A model generated the notes under the pieces. The model was not told the origin of the DNA and did no database searches. It saw nothing but the letters and a program-made list of their open reading frames with translations. Below are positions 7,863-17,488 of a DNA stretch of 58,760 bases, one piece after another. How positions within the stretch are numbered: position 1 is the stretch's first letter; every line of letters begins with the position of its first letter. The translations under genes were made by a program, and so were the position numbers. Origin of the DNA: Sphingomonadaceae bacterium (GTDB lineage: Bacteria; Chloroflexota; UBA6077); the NCBI GenBank assembly GCA_050261575.1, contig JBLNDL010000017.1:1-58760 (forward strand), in the 5' to 3' direction.

Positions 7863-10022
7863 TCATTGCTTTTCGCGAAGCAGCCGCATCCCGTTCCCGA
7901 TCACCGCCAGGGAGGTGCCCATATCCGCCAGCACCGCCATCCAGAGGTTGGCGACGCCGAGGGAGGCCAGCCCCACGAAGATCAGCTTGACTAGGATGGA
8001 AAGGGCGACGTTCTGCTGGATAGTTGCCACTGTGCGTCTGCTCAGCCGGACCGCGTAGGGGATCTTGCTCAGATCGTCGCCCATCAGCGCCATGTCGGAC
8101 GTCTCCAGCGCCGTGTCGGAGCCGGCAGCCCCCATGGCTATCCCCACCGTCGCACGGGCGAGGGCCGGCGCATCGTTCACCCCGTCGCCCACCATCGCCA
8201 CACGACCGTACCGCTCCAGCAGCGCCTCCACTGCCCCCCTCTTGTCCTCCGGAAGCAACTCCGCCCGATACTCGTCGGCCCCTACCTCGGAGGCGATGGT
8301 GGCCGCGGTGCGGGGGTTGTCTCCGGTCAGCATCACCACCCGCTCGATCCCGCCCTCGTGCAGATCCTTGACGGCCTGGCGGCTCTCGGCCCGCAGCCGG
8401 TCCGCCGCGGCCACCATCCCGAGCAGGTGGTCCCCCTTGCCCAGCAGCACCACCGTCTTCCCCTCCTGCTGGAGCCCGTCCAGGGCCGCCGGAGGGTCCA
8501 GTGGGGCGCTGGCCCGCTGCTGAGCCAGCCGGAGGCTGCCCACGAAGTAGCTCTCCCCGCGCACCTGGCCCACGGCGCCGAGGCCCGGCACCGACCGGAA
8601 GCGCTGCACCCGCGGCACCTCCACCCCCTCTTCCGCAGCCCGCCGGAGGATCGCCTGGGCCAGAGGATGCTCGCTGCGGGCCTCCAGCGCCGCCGCCACG
8701 GATAGCACCTCCCGCCGATCGTAGCCGTTCAGGGTCACCACGTCGGTCACCTCGAGCCGGCCGCTGGTGAGGGTGCCCGTCTTGTCGAAAGCCACCACCG
8801 GTACACGCCCCATCGCCTCCAGGTAGGATCCACCCTTGAAGAGCACCCCACTTCGGGAGGCCGTGGCGATCGCAGCGGCGATGGACACGGGGGTGGAGAT
8901 CACCAGGGCGCAGGGGCAGGCGATGATCAGCAGCACCAGAGCCCGATAGAACCACACGTCGAACACCCCGCCGAAGATGAGGGGCGGCACCAGGGCGACC
9001 CCCGCGGCCAGGGCGATGACGGCCGGGGTGTAGTAGCGGGCGAAGCGATCCACGAACTGCTGTGTGGGGGCCTTTTGGGCCTGGGCCTCCTCCACCATGT
9101 GGATGATTCTGGACAGGGTGTTATCCCGGTGAGACCGGGTCGCCCTCACCTCCAGCGCACCATGCTGGTTGATGGTGCCGGCGAAGAGCTCGTCCCCCAC
9201 GCCCTTCTCCACCGGCACCGATTCCCCGGTGATGGGCGCCTGGTCTACGCTGGAGCTTCCATCGACGACGACCCCGTCAGTGGGGATCCGCTCGCCAGGC
9301 CTCACCAGCAGCAGGTCCCCCACGGCGACCTGCTCCACCGGCACCCTCACCTGGACGCCATCCCTCAGCAGGGTCACCTCCTTGGGGGCTAGGTCCAGCA
9401 GCGATCGGATGGAACGGCGGGTCCGATCCATCGTATAGGACTCGAGCGCGTTGGCCAGGGAGAAGAGGAAGACCACCGAGGCGGCCTCCGTCCACTCGCC
9501 GATCGCCGTCGCCCCGACGACGGCCGCCGTCATCAAGACGTTCATGTCGGTGAGGCCCGAGCGGAGCGCGAATAGGGCGCTCCTGGCGGTGTGGTACCCG
9601 CCCACGACGATGCCGGCGCCGAAGAGCAGTTGCGGCACAGGGGAGGGCACAGCCAGCAGGGTGAGCAGGAACCCCGAGGCGAGCAGGATGCCCGAAATGG
9701 CCGTGGCCGCACCCCTGGGGTGGTGCTTCAGGAACGAAGTGATGCCCGTCTCCTCCCCGCGGGCTTTCGGGGCTTCCTCCCGCACCCGATAGCCGGCATC
9801 CTGGACGCCGGACACGATCCGGTCACGCCCCATCAGGTGGGGGGCGTACTGTACCCAGAGCGTGGAGGATGTGTAGTTGAGGCGGGCGTTGACCACGCCC
9901 GGCATTCCCGCCACGGCCTTCTCTAGGGTTGCCGCGCAATCCGGGCAGTCGAGCCCCTCCAGGCACAGGGTCTCGCTGCGGAGTTCGCCTATCGAACCGG
10001 GCACCGTCGCCCCTTCTGTCAT
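7863..10022 (-). CDS. cadA: Heavy-metal translocating P1B-type ATPase (Zn/Cd/Pb, P1B-2 signature)
   Basis: N-terminal GLDCPDC metal-binding domain, TGES, CPC, DKTGTLT, SEHPLA, GDGVNDAP, TM Lys and ADMG. Confidence 0.95.
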   Translation of the reverse strand: MTEGATVPGSIGELRSETLCLEGLDCPDCAATLEKAVAGMPGVVNARLNYTSSTLWVQYAPHLMGRDRIVSGVQDAGYRVREEAPKARGEETGITSFLKHHPRGAATAISGILLASGFLLTLLAVPSPVPQLLFGAGIVVGGYHTARSALFALRSGLTDMNVLMTAAVVGATAIGEWTEAASVVFLFSLANALESYTMDRTRRSIRSLLDLAPKEVTLLRDGVQVRVPVEQVAVGDLLLVRPGERIPTDGVVVDGSSSVDQAPITGESVPVEKGVGDELFAGTINQHGALEVRATRSHRDNTLSRIIHMVEEAQAQKAPTQQFVDRFARYYTPAVIALAAGVALVPPLIFGGVFDVWFYRALVLLIIACPCALVISTPVSIAAAIATASRSGVLFKGGSYLEAMGRVPVVAFDKTGTLTSGRLEVTDVVTLNGYDRREVLSVAAALEARSEHPLAQAILRRAAEEGVEVPRVQRFRSVPGLGAVGQVRGESYFVGSLRLAQQRASAPLDPPAALDGLQQEGKTVVLLGKGDHLLGMVAAADRLRAESRQAVKDLHEGGIERVVMLTGDNPRTAATIASEVGADEYRAELLPEDKRGAVEALLERYGRVAMVGDGVNDAPALARATVGIAMGAAGSDTALETSDMALMGDDLSKIPYAVRLSRRTVATIQQNVALSILVKLIFVGLASLGVANLWMAVLADMGTSLAVIGNGMRLLREKQ

Positions 10023-10077
10023 ATCCTCTTTCCCTCCGATATCGGTTTCCTGGACAGGCTGTGGCCGCGGGCTCCAC

Positions 10078-10189
10078 GCCCACGCTGTGTGCGCGCCCTC
10101 GCTACCCAACCCCAGGTCGGGCGGACACGCAGGGTGATGCGAGCGGGTCGTGAGGCTGCGCTCGCTCGCCTGACGGGCACGGCCCCTAC
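10078..10189. repeat. GTAG-family REP-like element between the ArsR gene and cadA
   Basis: Ends CGGGCACGGCCCCTAC, the reverse complement of 7541-7556. Contains GGGCGGACACGCAG. Confidence 0.65.
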
Positions 10190-10261
10190 AACCACCCGCT
10201 TTCCCTGTTTGCGACATGCGCCGACGTGCACGACACCCATTGGGGTGCGGCCCCGCACTCC

Positions 10262-10660
10262 CTACTCCTCGGCCACGTGCTGGAGCCCCTGCAGGAAAAG
10301 GTTTCCGATGTGCTCGTCGTCCAGGGAGTAGTAGACCACCCGTCCCTCCCGCCGGTACTTGACCAACCGCATCGCCCTGAGGAGCCGAAGCTGGTGTGAC
10401 ACTGCCGACTGGCTGAGGTTGAGCAGTGCGGCGAGATCGCACACGCACAGCTCGACGTTCCTCAGGGCGGAAATCATCTTCACCCTGGTGGGATCGCCCA
10501 GGACACTGAAGGTCTCGGCCAACCGAACCGCGGCGTCGTCGGAGACCATGGCGGATCTGGCCCTGGCCACCTCTTCGGCGTCGATGCAGAACAGGTCGCA
10601 CGTGTCGGCAGCCTCCGTCGTAGGGATCTCCTCCGTCGCCTCCGCTTCCTTCCTGACCAT
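10262..10660 (-). CDS. ArsR/SmtB family metalloregulator (CadC/ZiaR-like)
   Basis: LGDPTRVKMI, ELCVCDLA, SQSAVSHQLRLLR, YSLDDEHI, N-terminal TCDLFC. Lies upstream of cadA. Confidence 0.95.
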   Translation of the reverse strand: MVRKEAEATEEIPTTEAADTCDLFCIDAEEVARARSAMVSDDAAVRLAETFSVLGDPTRVKMISALRNVELCVCDLAALLNLSQSAVSHQLRLLRAMRLVKYRREGRVVYYSLDDEHIGNLFLQGLQHVAEE

Positions 10661-10757
10661 TTCGCCCTCCCACCTGGTTTCCAGCGGCGGGCTACGGCGC
10701 CTCGCCGCCGGCATCGATCCTGGGAGGCGGGGTTGCCTCGACCCCGCCATCGATATC

Positions 10758-10789
10758 CAGCACGTATGAGCAGTTGCTCATACGTGCTG
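10758..10789. promoter_or_regulatory. ArsR/SmtB operator, perfect 15-2-15 palindrome
   Basis: CAGCACGTATGAGCA-GT-TGCTCATACGTGCTG resembles the SmtB/CadC 12-2-12 consensus and covers the expected transcription start. Confidence 0.85.
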
Positions 10790-10791
10790 CC

Positions 10792-10820
10792 ATTATAGCG
10801 AAAGGGCAAGTCCCGAGCAA
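10792..10820 (-). promoter_or_regulatory. Sigma70-type promoter of the ArsR-cadA operon
   Basis: TTGCTC-17 bp-TATAAT on the minus strand, 2 bp from the operator. Confidence 0.8.
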
Positions 10821-10887
10821 GCCCGCTGGCCCCCTTCCTGCTGTTTCGGGGGCGCCGAACGGAGACGAGCAGGGAGGCGACGGAGCT

Positions 10888-12045
10888 GTGGCAGAGGAAG
10901 AGCCAGTCTACCGCGTCGGCATCCTGGGTTCCTATGGGGGAATGAACTTGGGCGATGAGGCGATCCTGCAGTGCATGGTCCAGGAGTTGCGCCGATCGGT
11001 CCCCGTGGAGATCACTGTGTTCAGCCGCAACCCCGAGGACACCCTGGAACGCCACCGGGTAGAGCGGGCCATCCCGGTCCGCAGCCTCTCGAGACAGGAG
11101 ATAATGCCCGAGATCGAACGGCTCGACCTCTTCCTGTTCGGTGGGGGCGGCATCCTCTTCGATGCGGACATCAGAGGGTACCTTCGCGAGGTGATGCTGG
11201 CTCACGAGCTGGGCGTGCCGGTCATGGTGTACGCCATCGGGGCGGGGCCGCTGAGAGAGGCGCAATCCCAGGCGCTGGTGCGACAGGCGCTCAACCGCGC
11301 CGCTGTGGTCACCGTGCGCGATCGGGAGGCCCACAAGGTGCTGGAGGACGTCGGCGTGCATCGGGAGATCAAGGTAACGGCGGACCCGGCCTTCCTCCTC
11401 CAGCCGGAACCGCTACCCAGGTCCTCCCTCCACAAAGAGGGGATCACCAACACCCGCAGGCTGGTGGGTATCTCCGTGCGGGAGCCTGGGCCGGCGGCGC
11501 CGGACATCTCCGCGGAGCACTACCACTCACTGCTCGCCAACGCCGCGGACTACGTAGTCGACCGGCTGGACGCCGACCTGGTGTTCGTGCCTATGGAGCC
11601 TCAAACCCTGGATCTGCAGCACTCCCACGCCATTATCTCGAAAATGGCCTACGCCAGGCGCGCCACGGTGCTCAAGGGCGACTACAGCTCGGGCCAGATC
11701 CTCTCCCTGGTCGGCCGATTCAGGTTTGCCCTCGGGATGCGGCTGCACTTCCTGATGTTCGCCGCCATGCAGCACGTGCCCTTCGTAGCCCTGCCCTACG
11801 CCGGCAAGGTGCTCGGCTTCCTGGAGCAACTGGAGGCGCTCCAGCAGCCCTTCCATCGGCTGCCGCTCCAGCAGGTGAATACCGGCCAACTGATCGCCTA
11901 CATCGATCGATCCTGGGATCTGCGGCGGGAGCTGGAGGCCCGCATCAGCCAGTACCTCCCGCCCCTGCACGAGCGGGCACGAGAGACCAACCGCCTCGCG
12001 GTCAAGCTACTGCAAAGCAGGGCCGGCAGACGGAAGGCGGCGTAG
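10888..12045 (+). CDS. Polysaccharide pyruvyl transferase family protein (CsaB-like)
   Basis: GSYGGMNLGDEAIL, GGGGILFD, VTVRDRE, TADPAF, GMRLH motifs. Confidence 0.9.
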   Translation: MAEEEPVYRVGILGSYGGMNLGDEAILQCMVQELRRSVPVEITVFSRNPEDTLERHRVERAIPVRSLSRQEIMPEIERLDLFLFGGGGILFDADIRGYLREVMLAHELGVPVMVYAIGAGPLREAQSQALVRQALNRAAVVTVRDREAHKVLEDVGVHREIKVTADPAFLLQPEPLPRSSLHKEGITNTRRLVGISVREPGPAAPDISAEHYHSLLANAADYVVDRLDADLVFVPMEPQTLDLQHSHAIISKMAYARRATVLKGDYSSGQILSLVGRFRFALGMRLHFLMFAAMQHVPFVALPYAGKVLGFLEQLEALQQPFHRLPLQQVNTGQLIAYIDRSWDLRRELEARISQYLPPLHERARETNRLAVKLLQSRAGRRKAA

Positions 12046-12071
12046 GCACATGAACTTGGATGCCCTGCCCT

Positions 12072-12190
12072 CGTCACCTTCGCTTTCGCGGGGACCCAGG
12101 ACACCGCCACGGGGAAGCGCCTGCACGCCTGCTTCCGCGGGCTCGACGAGGGCCTGCGGACCGCCATTCCCGCTTGCGCCGGAATAATCC
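12072..12190. repeat. Degenerate CGTC-family REP-like palindromes
   Basis: CGTCACCTTCGCTTTCGCGGGGACCC, an inverted partner ending GACG (12148), and CGCCATTCCCGCTTGCGCCGGAAT. Confidence 0.5.
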
Positions 12191-12268
12191 ATGGCGGCCG
12201 CGGACATGCCGGTCCGGCTGTGCACCGATCTGGGAATCGATGTCTAGAGGGAGGACCTCTCACCCACC

Positions 12269-13675
12269 ATGCCGCCGATTCCACGTCCCCAGAATGGCAA
12301 GACTGTGCTGCTGCCCCGACGCAGGGCGCTGGTCGCCGCCGAGACCGACGTGCTGGTGGTCGGGGGCGGCCCGGCAGGGCTCGGCGCGGCGCTCGGCGCC
12401 GCCAGCGCTGGCGCCTCCGTAGTGCTGGCGGAGCGTTACGGCTTCCTGGGCGGCAACGCCACAGCCGCCCTGGTGATGCCGCTGGCCCTCAGCCACACTC
12501 AGAAAGGGCCACCAGTCCCCGGTAGGGTAAGGAACCTGATGCCCCGCGATCACGGGCCGGGCGACCCGGCCATCGCCGGTGCTTTCAAGACCCTGGTGGA
12601 ACGGTTGGTCGCGGCAGGCGGCGCCATACCCCCCTCGGAGGAGACGGGCTACGTAACCCCCTTCGACCCTGAGGCGTTCAAACTGGTCGCCACGGAGCTG
12701 CTGGACGAGGCGGGGGTCGCCTTCCTCCTGCACGCCCTCGCCAGCGGGACGATCGGCAACGGCCGGGTGGAGGGGGTGGTGTTCGAGACGAAGTCCGGGC
12801 CAGTCGTGGTCAGGGCGACGGCGGTCGTGGACTGCACCGGCGACGGCGACATAGCTGCACGGGCAGGGGCGCCCTTCCAGGTCGGCAGGCAGGAGGATGG
12901 GCTGGTCCAGCCGATGAGCCTGCTGTTCCGGATGCTCGAGTTCGAACGTGCCGCCTTCGAGGCATACGAGAGGGCCCATCCGGACCAGTGGTGCGGCGAC
13001 TACGGCCTGTGGGAGCTGATCGAGAGGGCGAAGGCGGCTGGAGAGCTGGATCTACCTCGGAATGAGTTGCTGATCTTCGGCACGCCCCACGAGCAGGAGG
13101 TCACCATCAACGGCACCCGGGTCACGAAAGTGCTGGGCACCGACGTATGGGACCTCACCTACGCGGAGTGGGAGAGCCGGAGGCAGATGCACCAGGTGGT
13201 GGCCTTTCTAAGGAAATACGTCCCCGGCTTCGCCCAGTCCTACCTGGGGCAGAGCGGCATGAACGTGGGGGTGCGGGAGAGCAGACGGATCCTCGGCGAG
13301 TACCGGCTAACGGCGGACGACGTGCTCTCCGCGCGCAAGTTCCCCGACGCCATAGCGCGGGGGACCTACCCCATCGACATCCACAACCCCACCGGCCCCG
13401 GCACCGTCCTGAAACGAGTTCCGCCGGGGGAGGCGTACGACATCCCCCTGCGCTGCCTGCTGCCAGTGGGGGTGGAGCAGTTGCTGGTCGCCGGCCGCTG
13501 CATCTCCGGCACTCACGAGGCCCACTCCTCCTATCGGGTGATGCCGATCTGCATGGCCACGGGGCAGGCCGCGGGGGTCTGCGCGGCGCTGGGGGTGCGA
13601 GCAGGCAGGCCACCCAGGCAGGTCCCGGCCGAGGAAGTGCGGCGAGAGCTGCTGCGGCAGGGGGCAATACTGTAG
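12269..13675 (+). CDS. FAD-dependent oxidoreductase (FAD_oxidored-type family), paralog 1
   Basis: DVLVVGGGPAG, VDCTGDGD, GVRESRRI, YDIPLRCL, LLVAGRCIS, MATGQAAG. Confidence 0.92.
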   Translation: MPPIPRPQNGKTVLLPRRRALVAAETDVLVVGGGPAGLGAALGAASAGASVVLAERYGFLGGNATAALVMPLALSHTQKGPPVPGRVRNLMPRDHGPGDPAIAGAFKTLVERLVAAGGAIPPSEETGYVTPFDPEAFKLVATELLDEAGVAFLLHALASGTIGNGRVEGVVFETKSGPVVVRATAVVDCTGDGDIAARAGAPFQVGRQEDGLVQPMSLLFRMLEFERAAFEAYERAHPDQWCGDYGLWELIERAKAAGELDLPRNELLIFGTPHEQEVTINGTRVTKVLGTDVWDLTYAEWESRRQMHQVVAFLRKYVPGFAQSYLGQSGMNVGVRESRRILGEYRLTADDVLSARKFPDAIARGTYPIDIHNPTGPGTVLKRVPPGEAYDIPLRCLLPVGVEQLLVAGRCISGTHEAHSSYRVMPICMATGQAAGVCAALGVRAGRPPRQVPAEEVRRELLRQGAIL

Positions 13676-13777
13676 AAACGGCGTAACGATGCGCCCGCTA
13701 GCGTTGCGCCGCCCGCGACCGGGTGGAGACCAGGGGCGGCCATCGGGAATAAGCCGGGAAAAGAGGGCAGGATCGAT

Positions 13778-14248
13778 ATGAGCGCACTCGAGCGCATGCA
13801 CGTAGACGAGAAGCAGTTGCTGAAAAGGCTGGACGCTCTGGACTGGACGGGCCCGCTCACAGCATCGGAGATCGCCACCCAGCTAGCCGGAGTCCCCGAG
13901 GAGCTGTTCGGGGATATACCAGAGGGAGCCATCTTCCACAGCCCAGAGGAGGTGGTTCGAGCGCTGCGAGGGGAAGTGCACGTCGATGCGGCGCACCTCC
14001 CCTCCGAAGGGGCGGAATCGATCGGCGGCCCGGCCGGGTATGGCGACTCCACCACGGGCCGGCTCGTGACGCCCCCCTCCACCTCGCACGGCATCGGCTC
14101 CGGGACCGATACCGGCGACACCGGCAGCGCCGACACCACGTCCACGGGCTGGGGACGGGCGGGCACGACGTTCGGGGAGGAAGCAGTCGAGGAGCGGATC
14201 GAGGAGGAGCTGGGCGGCGAAGAGGAGGAACTGCCCGAGAGAGGTTGA
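13778..14248 (+). CDS. Acidic hypothetical protein with a DUF2795-like N-terminus and disordered G/T/E-rich tail
   Basis: AGAGGG SD, coding-like sequence. LDALDWTGPLT...IPEGAIFHSPEEVVRAL resembles DUF2795 (by eye). Confidence 0.7.
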   Translation: MSALERMHVDEKQLLKRLDALDWTGPLTASEIATQLAGVPEELFGDIPEGAIFHSPEEVVRALRGEVHVDAAHLPSEGAESIGGPAGYGDSTTGRLVTPPSTSHGIGSGTDTGDTGSADTTSTGWGRAGTTFGEEAVEERIEEELGGEEEELPERG

Positions 14249-14383
14249 ACTGGCGACGGTATGCTGTCACGGTATCGTGAACCATCCCGCAGCGTTGGGG
14301 CCGAGGTATGGATCGTGCGCGCCTCCCCCGCGGTCGTCCACGAGGCGGGCATACAAGAGAGCGAAACCCGATGGGAGATGAGA

Positions 14384-15346
14384 ATGGATGAAGCTGTCTT
14401 CACCCGCTACGGTCGAGGGCCTTTGATCACACCAGATGACCTGCCCTTTCAACCCAATGCGGTTCTAAACCCGGGTGTCGCCGAGATGGATGGGGCGGTG
14501 GTCCTGCTGTTGCGCGTCGAGGACCGACAGGGTATCTCGCACATCTATGTGGCCAGGAGCGCCAACGGGGTCGACGGCTGGAGAATCGAAAGGCAGCCGC
14601 TGCTGGCAGCCGATCTCCCCGAATACCCATTTGAGGAGTGGGGGTGCGAAGACGCGCGGGTGACTCAGATCGAGCCCAGAAAGTGGGTGATCGCCTACAC
14701 AGCCTACTCTCGATACGGCCCAGCGGTGGCCCTCGCCACCACACAGGATTTCGAGACGGTGGACAGGCTGGGAACGGTGCTCTCTCCACCCAACAAGGAT
14801 GCCGCCCTGTTCCCGGCGCAGTTCGAAGGGCGCTGGATTCTGCTGCATCGCCCGGTGACCGGAGGGCAGGAACACATCTGGTACGCCTGTTCCGCGGAGG
14901 ATCTGCTCCACTGGACCCTCCCAGGGATCCTGCTGCCAGAGAGAGGTGGGCCCTGGTGGGACGGGCTTCGGGTTGGCGTTGGCGCCCCGCCGATTCGGAC
15001 GGATCAGGGATGGCTGCTCATCTACCACGGGGTGAAGGAGATGGGAGCTCGACCGGTTTACCGGCTCGGACTGAGCTTGCTGGATGGGAACAACCCACGA
15101 AAGATGCTTGCCCGGGCTTCTGAGTGGGTCTTTGCACCCGAGGTGGAGTACGAGCAGCGGGGTCTCGTGCCCAACGTGGTCTACAGTTGCGGAGCGCTCC
15201 ACCGGGGTGATGAGATCTGGATGTACTACGGGGCGGCAGACACGGTGATCGGGCTGGCAACGGCCAAACTCGCGGACCTCCAGTCGTTCGTCTGGAGGCA
15301 CGACTTTCTAAGCCGCGTGGGCAGGGAGAAGGGAATGGAGAGATGA
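14384..15346 (+). CDS. Glycoside hydrolase family 130 (beta-mannoside phosphorylase-like)
   Basis: AVLNPG, LLRVED, GCEDARVT, NKDAALFP, LHRP, WLLIYHGV, PNVVYSCG, YYGAADT. Confidence 0.92.
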   Translation: MDEAVFTRYGRGPLITPDDLPFQPNAVLNPGVAEMDGAVVLLLRVEDRQGISHIYVARSANGVDGWRIERQPLLAADLPEYPFEEWGCEDARVTQIEPRKWVIAYTAYSRYGPAVALATTQDFETVDRLGTVLSPPNKDAALFPAQFEGRWILLHRPVTGGQEHIWYACSAEDLLHWTLPGILLPERGGPWWDGLRVGVGAPPIRTDQGWLLIYHGVKEMGARPVYRLGLSLLDGNNPRKMLARASEWVFAPEVEYEQRGLVPNVVYSCGALHRGDEIWMYYGAADTVIGLATAKLADLQSFVWRHDFLSRVGREKGMER

Positions 15347-15365
15347 GACGCGAGCAGGCGCAGCG

Positions 15366-15860
15366 CTACGTTGCCGGCCCGGCGTCTCCCCCCCTTGTCG
15401 CATCAGCGCCCCGCACGATCAGCACCGGGCAGGGTGCATGGCGGGCCACGAAATCGCTCACGCTACCCAGCAGCAGGCTTTGAGAGGGATCGAGCCCCCG
15501 ACTCCCCATGACGATCAGATCGAACTTGCCCTGGAGCGCCGTCAGCACGATGACGTCCCCCGGCCGCCCCTCCCGTAGCTCGGTGGTGGCGGGGATACCC
15601 GCGTCGGTGAAGACCTTCTGGGTGAGCGAGAGGATGGCCTTCCCGGCCTCCATGAGCTGCTGCCGCATCTGGGATTCCGGTGCCTTCAGGAAGTACTCGG
15701 GGATGCGGGGCACCCCCACTACGTGCAGGATGGTCACCTCGGCCCCGAAGGCCCGAGCCATCTCGACCGCGTAGTCGGCGGCCGCCAGCGCCTCCGTAGA
15801 CCCGTCGGTAGGCACCAGTATCTTCTTGATCAGGGTCGGCTTCTTCTGCACCGTGGCCAA
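15366..15860 (-). CDS. Universal stress protein (single domain)
   Basis: KKILVPTDGS, DLIVMGSRG, LLGSVSDFVARHAPCPVLIVR. GGGAGG SD before TTG. Confidence 0.9.
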   Translation of the reverse strand: MATVQKKPTLIKKILVPTDGSTEALAAADYAVEMARAFGAEVTILHVVGVPRIPEYFLKAPESQMRQQLMEAGKAILSLTQKVFTDAGIPATTELREGRPGDVIVLTALQGKFDLIVMGSRGLDPSQSLLLGSVSDFVARHAPCPVLIVRGADATRGGDAGPAT

Positions 15861-15874
15861 CTGTTGGACCCTCC

Positions 15875-16755
15875 CTAACCTATCTTTGCCTGCTCGCCGG
15901 CCACCAGCACCGGGCGGCCCGCGCCCCTGAGAACCGCGTCGCTGACGCTCCCCAGGGCGAAACGAACGGGGCCGCTCACGCTGCGTCGACCCACCGCGAC
16001 GACGTCGTAGCCGCCGGTCTGCGCGCGCCGGGTTATCGCCTGAGCCGGTCGCCCCTCGACCAGGACCGAGTCGCACTCCACCCCCGCCGCCTCGCAACTG
16101 CAGGCCGCCGCCTCCAGGATCGCTTCACCTGCCCTGCCCAGGGTCAGCTTGAGATCCTGCCTCACACTCCTCTTGGGAACGGCCGCCAGCATGGTCAAGT
16201 CGACCACATACAGCAGGGTGATCCTGGCGCCGAAGGCTCGAGCCAGATCGACCGCCGCTGCCAGAGCGCGCTCCGAGTGCTGCGATCCGTCCGCCGCGAC
16301 CAGGATCCGCCCGATCGCCTCCGGAACGGTCCCCCTGACCACAAGCACGGGGCAGGGCGCAAGCTCGGCCGTCCGCTTCGCGACGCTCCCGAGGATGAGC
16401 CCCCGGATCCCCCCGAGGCCGCGATGGCCTGTCACCACCAGATCGTAACCTTCGGAGCCGGACAGATCGATGATCTTCTCGGCGGGGTCCCCAGGGCGAC
16501 AGGCCTGTCCGGCTCGAGTCCCAGCCCCCGCACCAGGTCCGCCCCCTCCTGGACGATGGGCAGGAAATCCTCCTCGTCCACGAGAGGGACGAAGAAGCCG
16601 CTCACGCCCGCGGTCACCGGAGGGATCTTCCCCACGGTGAGCACGGTGACCTCGGCGCCCGTGCGGCGAGCGATGTAGGCGGCCATCCGCGCCGGGGCTC
16701 GCGCCGGGTCCGAACCATCGCAGGCGACCAGCAGTCTCTTCACGGCCTCTGCCAT
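15875..16755 (-). pseudogene. Tandem-domain universal stress protein with a single frameshift (real or sequencing error)
   Basis: N-part (KRLLVACDGS...VALG) and C-part (DPAEKIID...GSVAKR...RILVAADGS...) are in different frames. Adding one G to the G4 run at 16489-16492 restores the ORF. Confidence 0.85.
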
Positions 16756-16840
16756 CCCCTCGCTGACTGAAGGATCGCCCGGCTGGTGGCACATATCGTT
16801 CCAGCGAAGCCCGCAGCCCTTCGTTTCCCCCTCAAACCCG

Positions 16841-16869
16841 TTGACAGGACACGATCGAAGTGATACCTT
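16841..16869 (+). promoter_or_regulatory. Sigma70-type promoter of the Lrp-led operon
   Basis: TTGACA-17 bp-TACCTT with an extended -10 TG. Confidence 0.65.
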
Positions 16870-16904
16870 CGTGCCGTCGAATTATTACATAGGTGAGCGT
16901 GAAG

Positions 16905-17429
16905 ATGTCGGAAATCGACGCCATCGACGCCGCTATCATCGCAGAGCTCCGAAGAGACGGTCGAGCCACCAACAGCGAGATCGCCCGAAGGATCGGCACC
17001 ACCGAGGCTATGGTCCGGCGAAGAATCGACCGGCTCATCAGCCGCAACATCCTCCGCATCGTGGCAGTCACCAACCCCTACCGCCAGGGCTTCTCCCTGG
17101 ATGCTCTCGTCAACGCGCAGGTGGACGTAGACAAGCTCGCAGAGGTCGCCGCGAGGGTCGCCGAAATCCCGGAGGTGCGCTACGCCTCCATCGTCTCCGG
17201 AGACTACAACCTCACCTTCAGGGTCCTGCTACGCTCCCACGGTGACTTCTACGACTTCGTCACCGAGAAGTTGGGCTCGATACCCGGCCTGCAGAAGGTG
17301 GAGACGGCCTACGTGCTGCGCGTCGTCAAGCGCACGTTCGACTGGGTCCCGGAGGAGACGGCCGGCCCCAGCCAGTTGGAGATCTCCCTGGACGGACAGC
17401 TATCGGGACAGAAAGAGTCCAAACCCTGA
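16905..17429 (+). CDS. Lrp/AsnC family transcriptional regulator
   Basis: IDAIDAAIIAELRRDGRATNSEIARRIG HTH, and a C-terminal domain with SGDYNL. Confidence 0.92.
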   Translation: MSEIDAIDAAIIAELRRDGRATNSEIARRIGTTEAMVRRRIDRLISRNILRIVAVTNPYRQGFSLDALVNAQVDVDKLAEVAARVAEIPEVRYASIVSGDYNLTFRVLLRSHGDFYDFVTEKLGSIPGLQKVETAYVLRVVKRTFDWVPEETAGPSQLEISLDGQLSGQKESKP

Positions 17430-17488
17430 CACAGATGGCAGCCGGGCGATTCGACGATCGCTGGGGTGAGCAGAAGGGATACTGAAGG

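Noticed and set aside
10023..10673. 217-aa N-terminal extension of CadA in the ORF track
   Set aside because: It overlaps the ArsR gene and a REP element. The real start is likely the ATG at 10022 after a purine-rich SD.
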